64,000 bases of DNA from NCBI GenBank assembly GCA_041690595.1, contig JAWLHB010000010.1:124001-188000 (forward strand). The letters are read 5' to 3'. The stretch is from Lentisphaeria bacterium (GTDB lineage: Bacteria; Verrucomicrobiota; Lentisphaeria; JABSQK01; JAWLHB01). How positions within the stretch are numbered: the first letter of the stretch is position 1; each line of letters begins with the position of its first letter. The position numbers were made by a program, and so were the translations under genes. The notes beneath the pieces were generated by a model that saw nothing but the letters and a program-made list of their open reading frames with translations, was not told the DNA's origin and ran no database searches. This document shows, one piece after another, positions 1 through 9,181 of the stretch.

Positions 1-89
1 GGCTCGCCGAGCAGGTTGCGACAAGAGCCGCGGTGGCACTGGTGCCAGAGTGGCCACCATTGCAAAGGGACGCTTCACACCTCATCAAG

Positions 90-1022
90 ATGTCCATGAA
101 AAAGAGAATCAAGCGCGTGTTCATAGGAATAAGCATCATCGTTGCAGTAGCCGTCATTGCTACCACATCATGCATCACCGCCAGTGTAGTCTGGCCGGTA
201 AGCGGAGGTACGCTGGATAAGAAGACAGCCGGTACCTATCGCCTGATCACCCTCAATATAGCGCACGGTCGAGGCTTGGCGCTGGATCAGCGGCTGGTAC
301 CGCTCAATCGCTTCCGCCGCAATCTGGAGGTGTTGGGAGGTTTCCTGCAGCTCTCCAACGCGGATTTTGTGGCGATGCAGGAGATCGACGCCGATTCTGA
401 CTGGAACGGCAATTTCGATCACTTGGCGGAGATCAAATCTCACACCGACTTTGTGGATTCCGCCTTCGGGATCAACAACGTAAAGAAGGGGCGCTATCAA
501 CTTCATTACGGGAATGCGCTGCTCTCCCGGTTTCCGATCGAGAAGAAGGAGAACTTCCCCTTCGGCAGCGCTGCGTTGGGCGAGAAGGGGTTCCTGTACA
601 CGGAAATGGTGGTGAACGGCCACAGGCTGCCGGTGATCAATACACACTTGGACTATCGGTCGCGGGCTACGCGGATCCGTCAGCTCAAGATCCTGATTGA
701 CTGGCTGGAAGTGCAGCGAAACGCGGATCCGGAGAACTTCATACCGCCGATCATCGTCGGTGACTTCAACAGCCGCCTGCAGAAAAAAGACAGTGCCGCG
801 CGATATCTGTTTGACTATTTGGAGAGTATCGCCGATTATCAGGTATATCCGATGGATCGGCGAACCTTTCCCACTTATGAGCCGGCGGTGGCAATCGACC
901 TCATGTTTATTCCGCCCCAGATCGAAGTGAAGACGATGATCGTTCCCCGAATCAAGGTTTCCGACCATCTACCAGTTATTGTCGATTTCGTCTTTCGGGG
1001 GGAGGAGAGCGACGACATATAG
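90..1022 (+). CDS. Endonuclease/exonuclease/phosphatase (EEP) family protein with N-terminal membrane anchor
   Basis: Motifs TLNIAHG, MQEID, YGNALLSR, NTHLD, GDFN, IDLMF, SDHLPV, and a hydrophobic N-terminus after KKRIKR. Start is uncertain because the frame is open back to the window edge. Confidence 0.85.
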   Translation: MSMKKRIKRVFIGISIIVAVAVIATTSCITASVVWPVSGGTLDKKTAGTYRLITLNIAHGRGLALDQRLVPLNRFRRNLEVLGGFLQLSNADFVAMQEIDADSDWNGNFDHLAEIKSHTDFVDSAFGINNVKKGRYQLHYGNALLSRFPIEKKENFPFGSAALGEKGFLYTEMVVNGHRLPVINTHLDYRSRATRIRQLKILIDWLEVQRNADPENFIPPIIVGDFNSRLQKKDSAARYLFDYLESIADYQVYPMDRRTFPTYEPAVAIDLMFIPPQIEVKTMIVPRIKVSDHLPVIVDFVFRGEESDDI

Positions 1023-1035
1023 GAGCGAGGGGCAG

Positions 1036-2118
1036 ATGAAGGTAGCAGTCGTTGGTGCGGGTGGTATGGGGGGCACGGTAATCAAGCATCTCCAGGCGTG
1101 TGATCGAGTCAGCGAGATTGTCGCACAGGACATTCGACAGGAGCGCGTGGCCGAGCTCGAGGAAAAGTTTGGTGTGCAGGCAACGCGCGACTACCGTGAG
1201 ATTCTCGCCGATGAGACGATTCCGCTGATCTTCGTCACGTCATCCAACGATGCGCACAAGGAGCTGACGATCGCGGCGCTGGAGGCAGGCAAGGCGGTCA
1301 TGTGCGAGAAGCCGATGGCGACGACGCTGGATGACGCGCGGGAGATGGTCAAGGCGGCCGCACGGACGGGCGGCTATCTGCAGATCGGCTTTGAACTGCG
1401 GTATTCGAAACTCTATACCAAAGTCATGGAATGGGTGGAGGCCGGCAAGCTGGGCCAGGTCGTGAATACCCATTGCTACTACATCTGCAGCGAGTTCCAT
1501 CACAAGGGCTCATGGCGCAACAAGATAGCCACGGGCGGAAACATGTTTGGCGAGAAGCTGAGCCATTATGTGGACCTGCCGCGCTGGTGGGTGGGGGCCG
1601 AGGTCCCGGTGACCGAGGTCTATTCGCTCTGTTCGCCCAATGTCATCCCCTACTACGAAGTGCGTGACAACTACCACACCAGCTACAAGTTCGCCAATGG
1701 TGCCGTCGGCCACCTGACCTTCATGATGGCGGTGGGAGCGACGTTCCGGGGCGACCCGCTGCAGAACGTGGTCTCCCAGCAGAAGGGAGACGGGCACGCG
1801 CTGCAGTACCTGATCGAAGGTACGCGTGGGGCCGCTTCGACGGATGTCTTCGACCGGCGCCTGAAGCGCTGGGAGTTCGGCGATTCCGAGCGCTGCATGA
1901 CCAGCGAGTGGGTTGAGGACCTGACTTGGGACGTCAGCGAAGACTCCATCTATTTTCACAATACGCTGGATCAGACACACGACATCGTTCGCCGGGTGGC
2001 CGAGGGTAAGCCGCCGATGACATCGGCTGCCGATGCGTTCGAGACCATGAAGCTCGTCTTCGCCGCCGAACTCTCCGCGGACGAAGGCCGAGTTGTCAAG
2101 CTCGACGAGTTTGCCTGA
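1036..2118 (+). CDS. Gfo/Idh/MocA family NAD(P)-dependent oxidoreductase
   Basis: VAVVGAGGMG Rossmann motif, CEKP motif, IGFELRY. AGGAG/GAGG lies upstream of ATG 1036. Confidence 0.9.
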   Translation: MKVAVVGAGGMGGTVIKHLQACDRVSEIVAQDIRQERVAELEEKFGVQATRDYREILADETIPLIFVTSSNDAHKELTIAALEAGKAVMCEKPMATTLDDAREMVKAAARTGGYLQIGFELRYSKLYTKVMEWVEAGKLGQVVNTHCYYICSEFHHKGSWRNKIATGGNMFGEKLSHYVDLPRWWVGAEVPVTEVYSLCSPNVIPYYEVRDNYHTSYKFANGAVGHLTFMMAVGATFRGDPLQNVVSQQKGDGHALQYLIEGTRGAASTDVFDRRLKRWEFGDSERCMTSEWVEDLTWDVSEDSIYFHNTLDQTHDIVRRVAEGKPPMTSAADAFETMKLVFAAELSADEGRVVKLDEFA

Positions 2119-2230
2119 TCCCATTCACTCGCCTGTAGGCGTGACAGATGACGACGAAGCCCTGTGTGCGAACTGACAAAGTTTGGCGCCACGGCTTTTC
2201 GCCAACCCTTTCCGCGGGTTACTGTATCGG

Positions 2231-3130
2231 ATGCCTGTCCCCCCCCTCACTCGCGATCTCCTGGATACCGACGTTGTGGCACGCCTTTCGCGGCTGCTGA
2301 TACGTCCTCGGGGTCCCGTGGCGGGGAGTTTCTCGGGGATGCACAAGAGCCCGCATCGTGGAGCGAGCGTGGAGTTTGCGGAGTACCGCAAGTATGTGAA
2401 AGGGGATGATATTCGGCATATCGACTGGCGGGCCTATGGGCGAAGCGACCGCTTCTATTTGAAGGAGTTCGAAGCGGAGACGCACATGCGCTGCTATCTG
2501 GTGATGGATTGCAGCGCTTCGATGTCGTATGGCAGCGGCGACATCAACAAGTGGCAATACGCGACGCGACTCGCCGCGACGCTGGCCTACCTGGCGATTC
2601 ACCAGGGCGATCATGTGGGGCTGCATTGCATCGGCGACAAGCTTGTGCGCGAGGTGCCGCCGCGGGGGCGCGCCTCTCACCTGCGGCATATCTTCACCAC
2701 CATCGATGCCGTCAAACCGGGCGGCAAGACGCAACTGATCGAGGCGCTGCACGACATGGCCGAGAAGATTCACAAGCGGGCGCTGGTGATCCTCTTTTCA
2801 GATCTGTTCGTGGATGTCGATCCACTCCTTGCCTGTTTTCAGCACCTGCGCCACCGCAAACATGATCTGGCCATCTTTCATCTGCTGGATCCGCAGGAAC
2901 TTCGGTTCGACTTTGATCGTCCAATACGATTCGTGGATCTGGAGGAAGGCGACAGCCTGGTAACCGAGCCCGTGAGCGTAAGAGAGGATTATAACGCCGC
3001 CCTACAGGAGTACCTGTCGGCCATTCAGCTCGGTTGTGGTCAGCATGGCAGCGATTACCGCCAGGTCAACACAGGAACCGCCTACGAAGATGTTCTTTCC
3101 GATTTCATGCTGGCGCGCATGCGCCGTTGA
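2231..3130 (+). CDS. DUF58 domain (vWA-like) protein
   Basis: GMHKSPHRGASVEFAEYRKYVKGDDIRHIDW, KEFEAE, DCSASM and FSDL motifs. Confidence 0.9.
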   Translation: MPVPPLTRDLLDTDVVARLSRLLIRPRGPVAGSFSGMHKSPHRGASVEFAEYRKYVKGDDIRHIDWRAYGRSDRFYLKEFEAETHMRCYLVMDCSASMSYGSGDINKWQYATRLAATLAYLAIHQGDHVGLHCIGDKLVREVPPRGRASHLRHIFTTIDAVKPGGKTQLIEALHDMAEKIHKRALVILFSDLFVDVDPLLACFQHLRHRKHDLAIFHLLDPQELRFDFDRPIRFVDLEEGDSLVTEPVSVREDYNAALQEYLSAIQLGCGQHGSDYRQVNTGTAYEDVLSDFMLARMRR

Positions 3131-3157
3131 CATTGCACTCTTTTAGCCGGGTATTTC

Positions 3158-5209
3158 ATGCGACTACTTTTTTATCATCTGTGCGTGCTATCTGTCGGCT
3201 GTTTGATCACGTCGATCGCCGCCGGTCAGACCACCGCCCCTGCCGATCCATGGCCTGAGTTGAAGGGGGGCGCCGAGAGCCTGCGAGATGCGCTCGGAAA
3301 TCTGGATGCTGAAGTGATGGACGAAGACGCCTGGCGAGAGTTCATCAAGGAAGAAGGCGAGGCCGCCCTACCCTTCATCTGTGCGCTGCGCATCAACAGA
3401 CCCCATGACGATCAGGCGCAGATCGGCTTTCAGCTCCTCCTTGACGAGTTGGATCTGGACAGGAGCTTCGCGGCGATTCAGGCCCTCAAGCCGGAGCACT
3501 ATGCCCAACTGCTTACGCTGATCGACCTGCTGCCCATGAAGGGAGGGGATCTCTACTTCAATATGCGGCTGGTGAAGTTGTTGCGGGCAATGAAGGAGTA
3601 TCTTCGCGCCTTCGAGTTTGGCCGCCGCGGATGGCTTCGCTGGCCGAACCAGGCTTTTCTGTCACACTCGGCGCTGGCCATTGTCGAGGGGGAGTTGCAG
3701 GCAGACGTGTGGCAGCTGGCGGGCGCCCGCCTGGTGAGCCTGCCGGATGCAGGCGCGCGCGCCAGGGAGCTGGAGTTTTATGCCGAGCTTTCCAACCGCA
3801 TGAAGATGCCCGGCGTCATGATGTCATTGATTGCACTTGCCGGCCTGCAGGCGGCGGACTTCATGTCGTTGATGCGGCTGACCGACCGGCTGTACGCGCT
3901 GAGCATGCGGGATCAGGTCAAGTTGGTTATTGGCGATACCACGGAGCCGGCTCTGCGTTACCAGTTCATCGTGACCGGACAAGGTCGAGAGCCAACGACA
4001 GAGGAATGGGCGGAGCTTCTGAAGCAGGCGGATGATTCGATCTCGGCCCTGCGTCTGGCGCTGGTGCTGCGAGAGAGGCAAAGTCCACGCGTCATGGAAG
4101 TCTGGGAGCGACTACTGAGTTTCGAGGATCTTGACCCGCGCTTTGCAGCCAACGCACACCTTCAGCTAGGGGATGCCGCCAAGAAGGATGGCCGGTTCGC
4201 GGAGGCGGCGGATCATCTGGAGGAGATGGTCAAGAAGCTCGCGTCCACCGCGGATGCACTGTCGGGAGACGAACTGAAGCGTGTGGAAGATCATATCGAG
4301 CGGTTGCGGCTGAGCGCGGAAGCAGGGCCGGGTGATTGCGAGACGCTCTTGATCAACGCCCGGCAGGAGATGGCCGAAGGGAACGGTGAGCAGGCGATTC
4401 AGATGCTGGAGCGTGCGATCGAGCTGCAGCCGGACAACGCGCGAAGCTGGATCATGTTGTTCGAGGTAACCAAGCGGCTGAATCACTTCGATCGTCTTCC
4501 TGGTATCGGTGCCAGGCTTGCGGAGTTGACGGTTCCGAAGGACGAGCCGGCGCTGCTGTCGGAAGCGGCACTCCAGCTTTCGGATTCGGGTTACCATGCG
4601 AAGGCGCTGAAATTGCTTCGCCAGGCGATGCAGGCGGACCCCGACAACCCGACTCATCTCGTGATCATGGCCAATCTTCAGGAGCGGGCAGGCGATCCGG
4701 TTCAGGCCATGACCTTTCTCTCACAGGCTCCTGCCAACGACTTCCGGTACTGGCGCCTGAAAGGGATGCTGCACGCGCAGCAAGGCGCCTACGTTGAGGC
4801 AGCCGAGGCCTTCGAGAGAGTCATGGAGTATGGCCACGTCGATGACTATGTGCAGTTATGGCACTTCCTCATGCGCAAACTCCATGCGGAAGATCCATCC
4901 CCGGGCATGCGGCAGTACATGCAATCCCGTGGTGATGCGATGGAAGAATGGATCGCTGTCATCTATGCGTATGTGAAAGGAGATATCACGCGCCCGGAAT
5001 TGATTGCGGCAGCCCATGCAGCGCCGACAGAGAATCAGGTGAAGGGACGGCTGGCGGAGGCACACTTCTACATGGGGCTCGATGAACTCGCGGCCGGAAA
5101 TGTGGACGCGGCCCGTCAGGACTTCCAGGCGACGCTTGAGCAGAACATCCTGGTCTACATCGAACATGCGTGGGCGAAGGCGATGCTGCGCCTGCTCGAC
5201 GCGCCTTGA
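3158..5209 (+). CDS. Exported tetratricopeptide-repeat protein with NlpI-like C-terminus
   Basis: Signal-peptide-like N-terminus and several TPR-like helical pairs (AIELQPDNARSW, AMQADPDNP). The C-terminal LAEAHFYMG...YIEHAWA resembles the NlpI end. Confidence 0.75.
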   Translation: MRLLFYHLCVLSVGCLITSIAAGQTTAPADPWPELKGGAESLRDALGNLDAEVMDEDAWREFIKEEGEAALPFICALRINRPHDDQAQIGFQLLLDELDLDRSFAAIQALKPEHYAQLLTLIDLLPMKGGDLYFNMRLVKLLRAMKEYLRAFEFGRRGWLRWPNQAFLSHSALAIVEGELQADVWQLAGARLVSLPDAGARARELEFYAELSNRMKMPGVMMSLIALAGLQAADFMSLMRLTDRLYALSMRDQVKLVIGDTTEPALRYQFIVTGQGREPTTEEWAELLKQADDSISALRLALVLRERQSPRVMEVWERLLSFEDLDPRFAANAHLQLGDAAKKDGRFAEAADHLEEMVKKLASTADALSGDELKRVEDHIERLRLSAEAGPGDCETLLINARQEMAEGNGEQAIQMLERAIELQPDNARSWIMLFEVTKRLNHFDRLPGIGARLAELTVPKDEPALLSEAALQLSDSGYHAKALKLLRQAMQADPDNPTHLVIMANLQERAGDPVQAMTFLSQAPANDFRYWRLKGMLHAQQGAYVEAAEAFERVMEYGHVDDYVQLWHFLMRKLHAEDPSPGMRQYMQSRGDAMEEWIAVIYAYVKGDITRPELIAAAHAAPTENQVKGRLAEAHFYMGLDELAAGNVDAARQDFQATLEQNILVYIEHAWAKAMLRLLDAP

Positions 5210-5212
5210 TCG

Positions 5213-5644
5213 TCAGGCGTGGCGTTCGCCGTGAATGGTGATGGTGAGCCGTCGCTGCCCGGCTCGGTTGCGGTGTTCGCAAAGGTAGATGCCCTGCCAG
5301 GTGCCAAGGAGGAACCGCCCGTCTCGGATTGGAATGGAGAGGTTGTTGCCGAGGATGGATGACTTGAGGTGGGCCGGCATGTCGTCGCTGCCTTCGTCAT
5401 CATGGGTGTACGGCGCCCGCTCCGGGACCATGCGGTTGAAGTGAGACTCGAAGTCGTCGCGGACAGTGGGGTCGGCGTTTTCGTTGAGGGTGAGAGATGC
5501 CGATGTATGGTGGATGAAGAGGTGGGCGATCCCAACGCGAAAGTTCTTCATCTCAGGTACACGCGCCTCGATCTCATGCGTAATCAGGTGAAAACCCCTG
5601 CGCTGTGGTGCCATGTGAAAGGTGTGCTGAAGCCACTCCGTCAT
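5213..5644 (-). CDS. yjbQ: YjbQ/UPF0047 family protein
   Basis: HTSASLTLNENADPTVRDD, HDDEGSDDMPAHLKSS, LGTWQGIYLCEHR. Confidence 0.92.
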   Translation of the reverse strand: MTEWLQHTFHMAPQRRGFHLITHEIEARVPEMKNFRVGIAHLFIHHTSASLTLNENADPTVRDDFESHFNRMVPERAPYTHDDEGSDDMPAHLKSSILGNNLSIPIRDGRFLLGTWQGIYLCEHRNRAGQRRLTITIHGERHA

Positions 5645-5669
5645 ATCGTCCTCTTATCGCTCATGTATG

Positions 5670-5699
5670 TTGGCAAGTCTGCAAGGCGGCGCTTATAGT
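5670..5699 (+). promoter_or_regulatory. Putative sigma70 promoter of the purO-hisD operon
   Basis: TTGGCA-N18-TATAGT, about 108 nt upstream of the ATG at 5807. Confidence 0.4.
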
Positions 5700-5806
5700 A
5701 CACCGCATTGCCTGGCGCTGCCAGAGATCGAGCGCAGGCAACCTCGTCACGCCTCCCAGGAGGTCAGCCGTCAGACCATCATCCGACTCAACAGGAAGGA
5801 CTCCAC

Positions 5807-6445
5807 ATGTACGTCGGCAGAATCGTCGCGATCGCCAAGAACCGCCAGCAGCGCGTCTGCGCCCTCTACAGGGTCTCCTCGCGTTCCTTTCCGAATCGCG
5901 AAGCCAAGGTGTTAGGGGACAAGGTCGCTGTTCTACCCAAAGTCGGGTATGAAAAGGACATTTTCAGGAACCCGTACATCGCCTACAACTGCCTGACAGT
6001 GGTGGGTGGCATCGCCATCGCGACGAATGGGAGCCACACGGATTTCATTGCCGAAAAGATCGCCGCCGGCTACCCGATGCGCGATGCGCTGATCACGGTG
6101 CTGCACGCAATGGACTATGAGCACGACTCACTAAATACCCCGCGCATCGCCGCCGTCGTGGATCGGGAGAGCAGCAAAGGGTATCTGGGCATCGTCACGC
6201 ATCAGGCGCTGGATGTGCGGGAGTTCTCGCTGGAGGCAGGCAAAGCCTACTACGTCGCGACCTATGAAACGATTCTACCCCGCTGCGAGCAGCGCGATGA
6301 TGCTTTCGATGCGGAGAACGCCGACGCAGCCTGCAACTACATCATCCGGTGTGGCGTCTTCAGCGATTTCGAGAAGCCCATTACCGCGGCCTGCGCCGTA
6401 GAAAGCGAGGGCGGTTCCTACCAGATCGCCGTCGCCGATGTCTGA
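5807..6445 (+). CDS. purO: Archaeal-type IMP cyclohydrolase (PurO family)
   Basis: N-terminal MYVGR, YRVSSRSFPNR, NPYIAYNC, TNGSHTD, DYEHD..NTPRI, ATYE. RBS GAAGGA precedes ATG 5807. Confidence 0.88.
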   Translation: MYVGRIVAIAKNRQQRVCALYRVSSRSFPNREAKVLGDKVAVLPKVGYEKDIFRNPYIAYNCLTVVGGIAIATNGSHTDFIAEKIAAGYPMRDALITVLHAMDYEHDSLNTPRIAAVVDRESSKGYLGIVTHQALDVREFSLEAGKAYYVATYETILPRCEQRDDAFDAENADAACNYIIRCGVFSDFEKPITAACAVESEGGSYQIAVADV

Positions 6446-6462
6446 CCTTCACGGAACCGACC

Positions 6463-7752
6463 ATGCAGCGACTTGATTATCGACAAGAAGATTTTGCGGA
6501 GCAGATCGAGCTTCTGACGACCCGTTCAGCCTTCCCACAGGAGGTTGAGGAACAGGTGGCGAAGATCCTGCGGGATGTTCGGGAACGCGGCGACGAGGCG
6601 ATCATCGACTATGCCCGTAAATTCGATCGCGTTGACCTGAAGGTGGAGGAGTTTCGCGTCCCGCGCGAGGAGATTGTCGCGGCGCGCGGAGCCGTGAACG
6701 CGGAAACGCGGCGGGCAATCGAGTTGGCCCATGCGAATGTGGCGGCCTTCGCGACGGAGCGGGTACCAAAGGACTGGGAGTTTTCTCCTCGCCCCGGCGT
6801 CCAGGTGGGCGAGCGTTTTGTCCCTCTGTCGCGCATTGCCGCGTACATCCCGGGTGGAACCGCCCCCTTGGTCTCAACGACGCTGCATACCATGACGATG
6901 GCGCAGGTGGCGGGGGTGAAGGAGATCGTCCTGCTGACGCCCGTTGGTCCCGACAAGCAAGTGAATCCAGCGATTCTCTATGCAGCTCAGTTAGCGGGAG
7001 CGACGGAGATATACCGGTTGGGCGGGGTCTACGGCATCGCCGCGGCGGCCTTCGGTACCGGGTCAATCCGGGGTGTAGAAAAGATCGTTGGCCCTGGAAA
7101 TGCGTATGTGACCGCGGCCAAGCGTCAAGTCTACGGACATGTGGCCCTGGATCTTGTGGCAGGACCTTCGGAGATTCTGATCATCGCCGATGAGACGGCC
7201 GATCCCGCGGCCATCGCGGCTGATATGTTGAGCCAGGCGGAGCATGGCTCGGGGCTGGAGCAGTGTGTGTTGGTAAGCACCTGCGAAGCGCTGATCGAGA
7301 AGGTTCCAGGCGAGCTTCAGCGGCAGGCAGCCGCACTTCCAAAGCAACAGGCGGTGGAAAAGGTTCTCGCACAGGGGAGTTTCCTCATCCTGGTGGGCAC
7401 CATCAAGCAGGCCGCGGAGTTGGCCAGTCGCTGGGCACCGGAGCATCTGGAGATCATCACGAGGGAGCCGCGCGCGGTGGCGGCGAACATAACCGCGGCC
7501 GGAGCGATATTCCTCGGTCCCTGGACGCCCGAGCCGGTGGGTGATTTCGTGGCTGGGCCGAGCCATGTTCTGCCAACCGGGGGGGCAGCCCGCTTTTTCA
7601 GCGGCCTGACGGTGGAGATGTTTTTCCGCCGGATGAGCTTGGTGGAATATGATCGCGAAGCGCTGGAACGGGAAGGCCGGGCCATCGAGGAATTCGGGCG
7701 CATTGAAGAGCTTGCAGCCCATGGTGGCACCGTACGAGTGCGTCTCAAATGA
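6463..7752 (+). CDS. hisD: Histidinol dehydrogenase
   Basis: YIPGG, IVGPGNAYVTAAKR, AGPSEIL, SQAEHG, APEHLE, GDFVAGPSHVLPT. Confidence 0.96.
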   Translation: MQRLDYRQEDFAEQIELLTTRSAFPQEVEEQVAKILRDVRERGDEAIIDYARKFDRVDLKVEEFRVPREEIVAARGAVNAETRRAIELAHANVAAFATERVPKDWEFSPRPGVQVGERFVPLSRIAAYIPGGTAPLVSTTLHTMTMAQVAGVKEIVLLTPVGPDKQVNPAILYAAQLAGATEIYRLGGVYGIAAAAFGTGSIRGVEKIVGPGNAYVTAAKRQVYGHVALDLVAGPSEILIIADETADPAAIAADMLSQAEHGSGLEQCVLVSTCEALIEKVPGELQRQAAALPKQQAVEKVLAQGSFLILVGTIKQAAELASRWAPEHLEIITREPRAVAANITAAGAIFLGPWTPEPVGDFVAGPSHVLPTGGAARFFSGLTVEMFFRRMSLVEYDREALEREGRAIEEFGRIEELAAHGGTVRVRLK

Positions 7753-9170
7753 AAGTCAAAGAGTCGAAAGTCGAGGAGCACGAGGGCATGATGAAATTTC
7801 TGGCAGTCGATATTGGCGCGTCGAGTGGCCGCACAATAATCGGTCATGTGGATGGTGGCAGCATTCGGCTCGAAGAGACCCATCGCTTTGAGAACAGCAT
7901 GCTGGATCTCGGCGGGGCGAAGCACTGGGATGCGCACGGTCTGATCGGGGAAATCCGCCGCGGCATCGATCAAGCCGGCAAGGTGGATGGAATCGGCATC
8001 GACACCTGGGGCGTGGACTATGGCCTCATTGACAGCGACGGCAACCTTCTCGATCAGCCATTCGCCTACCGTGACGCGCGGAATGAAGCGGCTATGCCGT
8101 ATGTCTACGAGCGCATCGCCAAGGATCGGCTCTACCAGATCACCGGGCTGCAGGAAATGCCGTTCAACACGATTTTCCAGATCATGGCGGACAAGATCAA
8201 CCGGCCGGCGCTGTTGGAGAAGACGGAACATCTGCTCTTCATGCCGCAGTTGCTCTCGTACATGCTGACCGGGGTGCCCGCGGCGGAGTACACCATCTGC
8301 AGCACGTCGGGACTGTTAGATGCTCGCGAACGGAGCTGGTCGAAGGAGCTGCTCAAGATCCTTGGCTATCCGCGGAATATCTTTGGCAAGATCCAGATGC
8401 CCGGCACGCAGGCAGGAAGCTACAACGGCATTCCGGTTTACCTGCCGGGCGGGCACGATACCGCCAGCGCGGTGGCAGCAGTTCCCGCAATCGAAGGGGG
8501 CAACTGGGCCTACATCAGCTCCGGAACCTGGTCGCTCATCGGCGCCGAACTCGATGAGCCGATCCTCACCGATGAGTCGGCCAAGGCCGACTTCACCAAC
8601 GAGGGTGGCGTCGGCGGCACCATCCGCTTCCTCAAGAATGTCAACGGCCTGTGGCTGATTCAGGAATGCCGGCGCATCTGGGCGGAAGCGGGCACGAAGA
8701 TCTCCTTTGAAGAGATTGCGGCCGAAGCGGAGCGCACGGTGCGCTTTACGTCGTCCATCAATCCGAACGAGGCGCGTTTCATGGCGCCCAAGAACATGCC
8801 GGCGGAGATACAGGCAGCATGCCGGGAGAGCGGTCAACAAGTCCCCGAGACGATTGGCGAGCTGGCGCGCTGCTGCTACGTGAGCCTGGCGAAGGCGTAC
8901 CGGAAGCAGCTGCAGGTGCTGAGCCATGTGACCGGCAAAGAGATGGATCGCCTGCACATCGTGGGCGGCGGCTGCCAGGCGGAGTTGCTCAACCAGTTGA
9001 CGGCGGATTACTGCGGCATACCGGTCATCGCCGGGCCTGTGGAAGCGACCGCGATCGGCAATATCTGCATACAGGCAATGGCCAACGGCCTCTTCAGTGA
9101 CATTGCCGATGTCCGGCGGACGATTGCCAATGCATTTTCTCTAAAACGATATGAACCCACTACTCAATAA
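7749..9170 (+). CDS. rhaB: Rhamnulokinase/fuculokinase-like FGGY sugar kinase
   Basis: AVDIGASSGR, GIDTWGVDY, AYRDAR, HDTASAV, SSGTWSLIG, NEGG, IVGGG, GPVEATAIGN. ATGA overlaps the hisD stop. Substrate is not certain. Confidence 0.85.
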   Translation: MKVKESKVEEHEGMMKFLAVDIGASSGRTIIGHVDGGSIRLEETHRFENSMLDLGGAKHWDAHGLIGEIRRGIDQAGKVDGIGIDTWGVDYGLIDSDGNLLDQPFAYRDARNEAAMPYVYERIAKDRLYQITGLQEMPFNTIFQIMADKINRPALLEKTEHLLFMPQLLSYMLTGVPAAEYTICSTSGLLDARERSWSKELLKILGYPRNIFGKIQMPGTQAGSYNGIPVYLPGGHDTASAVAAVPAIEGGNWAYISSGTWSLIGAELDEPILTDESAKADFTNEGGVGGTIRFLKNVNGLWLIQECRRIWAEAGTKISFEEIAAEAERTVRFTSSINPNEARFMAPKNMPAEIQAACRESGQQVPETIGELARCCYVSLAKAYRKQLQVLSHVTGKEMDRLHIVGGGCQAELLNQLTADYCGIPVIAGPVEATAIGNICIQAMANGLFSDIADVRRTIANAFSLKRYEPTTQ

Positions 9171-9181
9171 GGAACGCGTAC

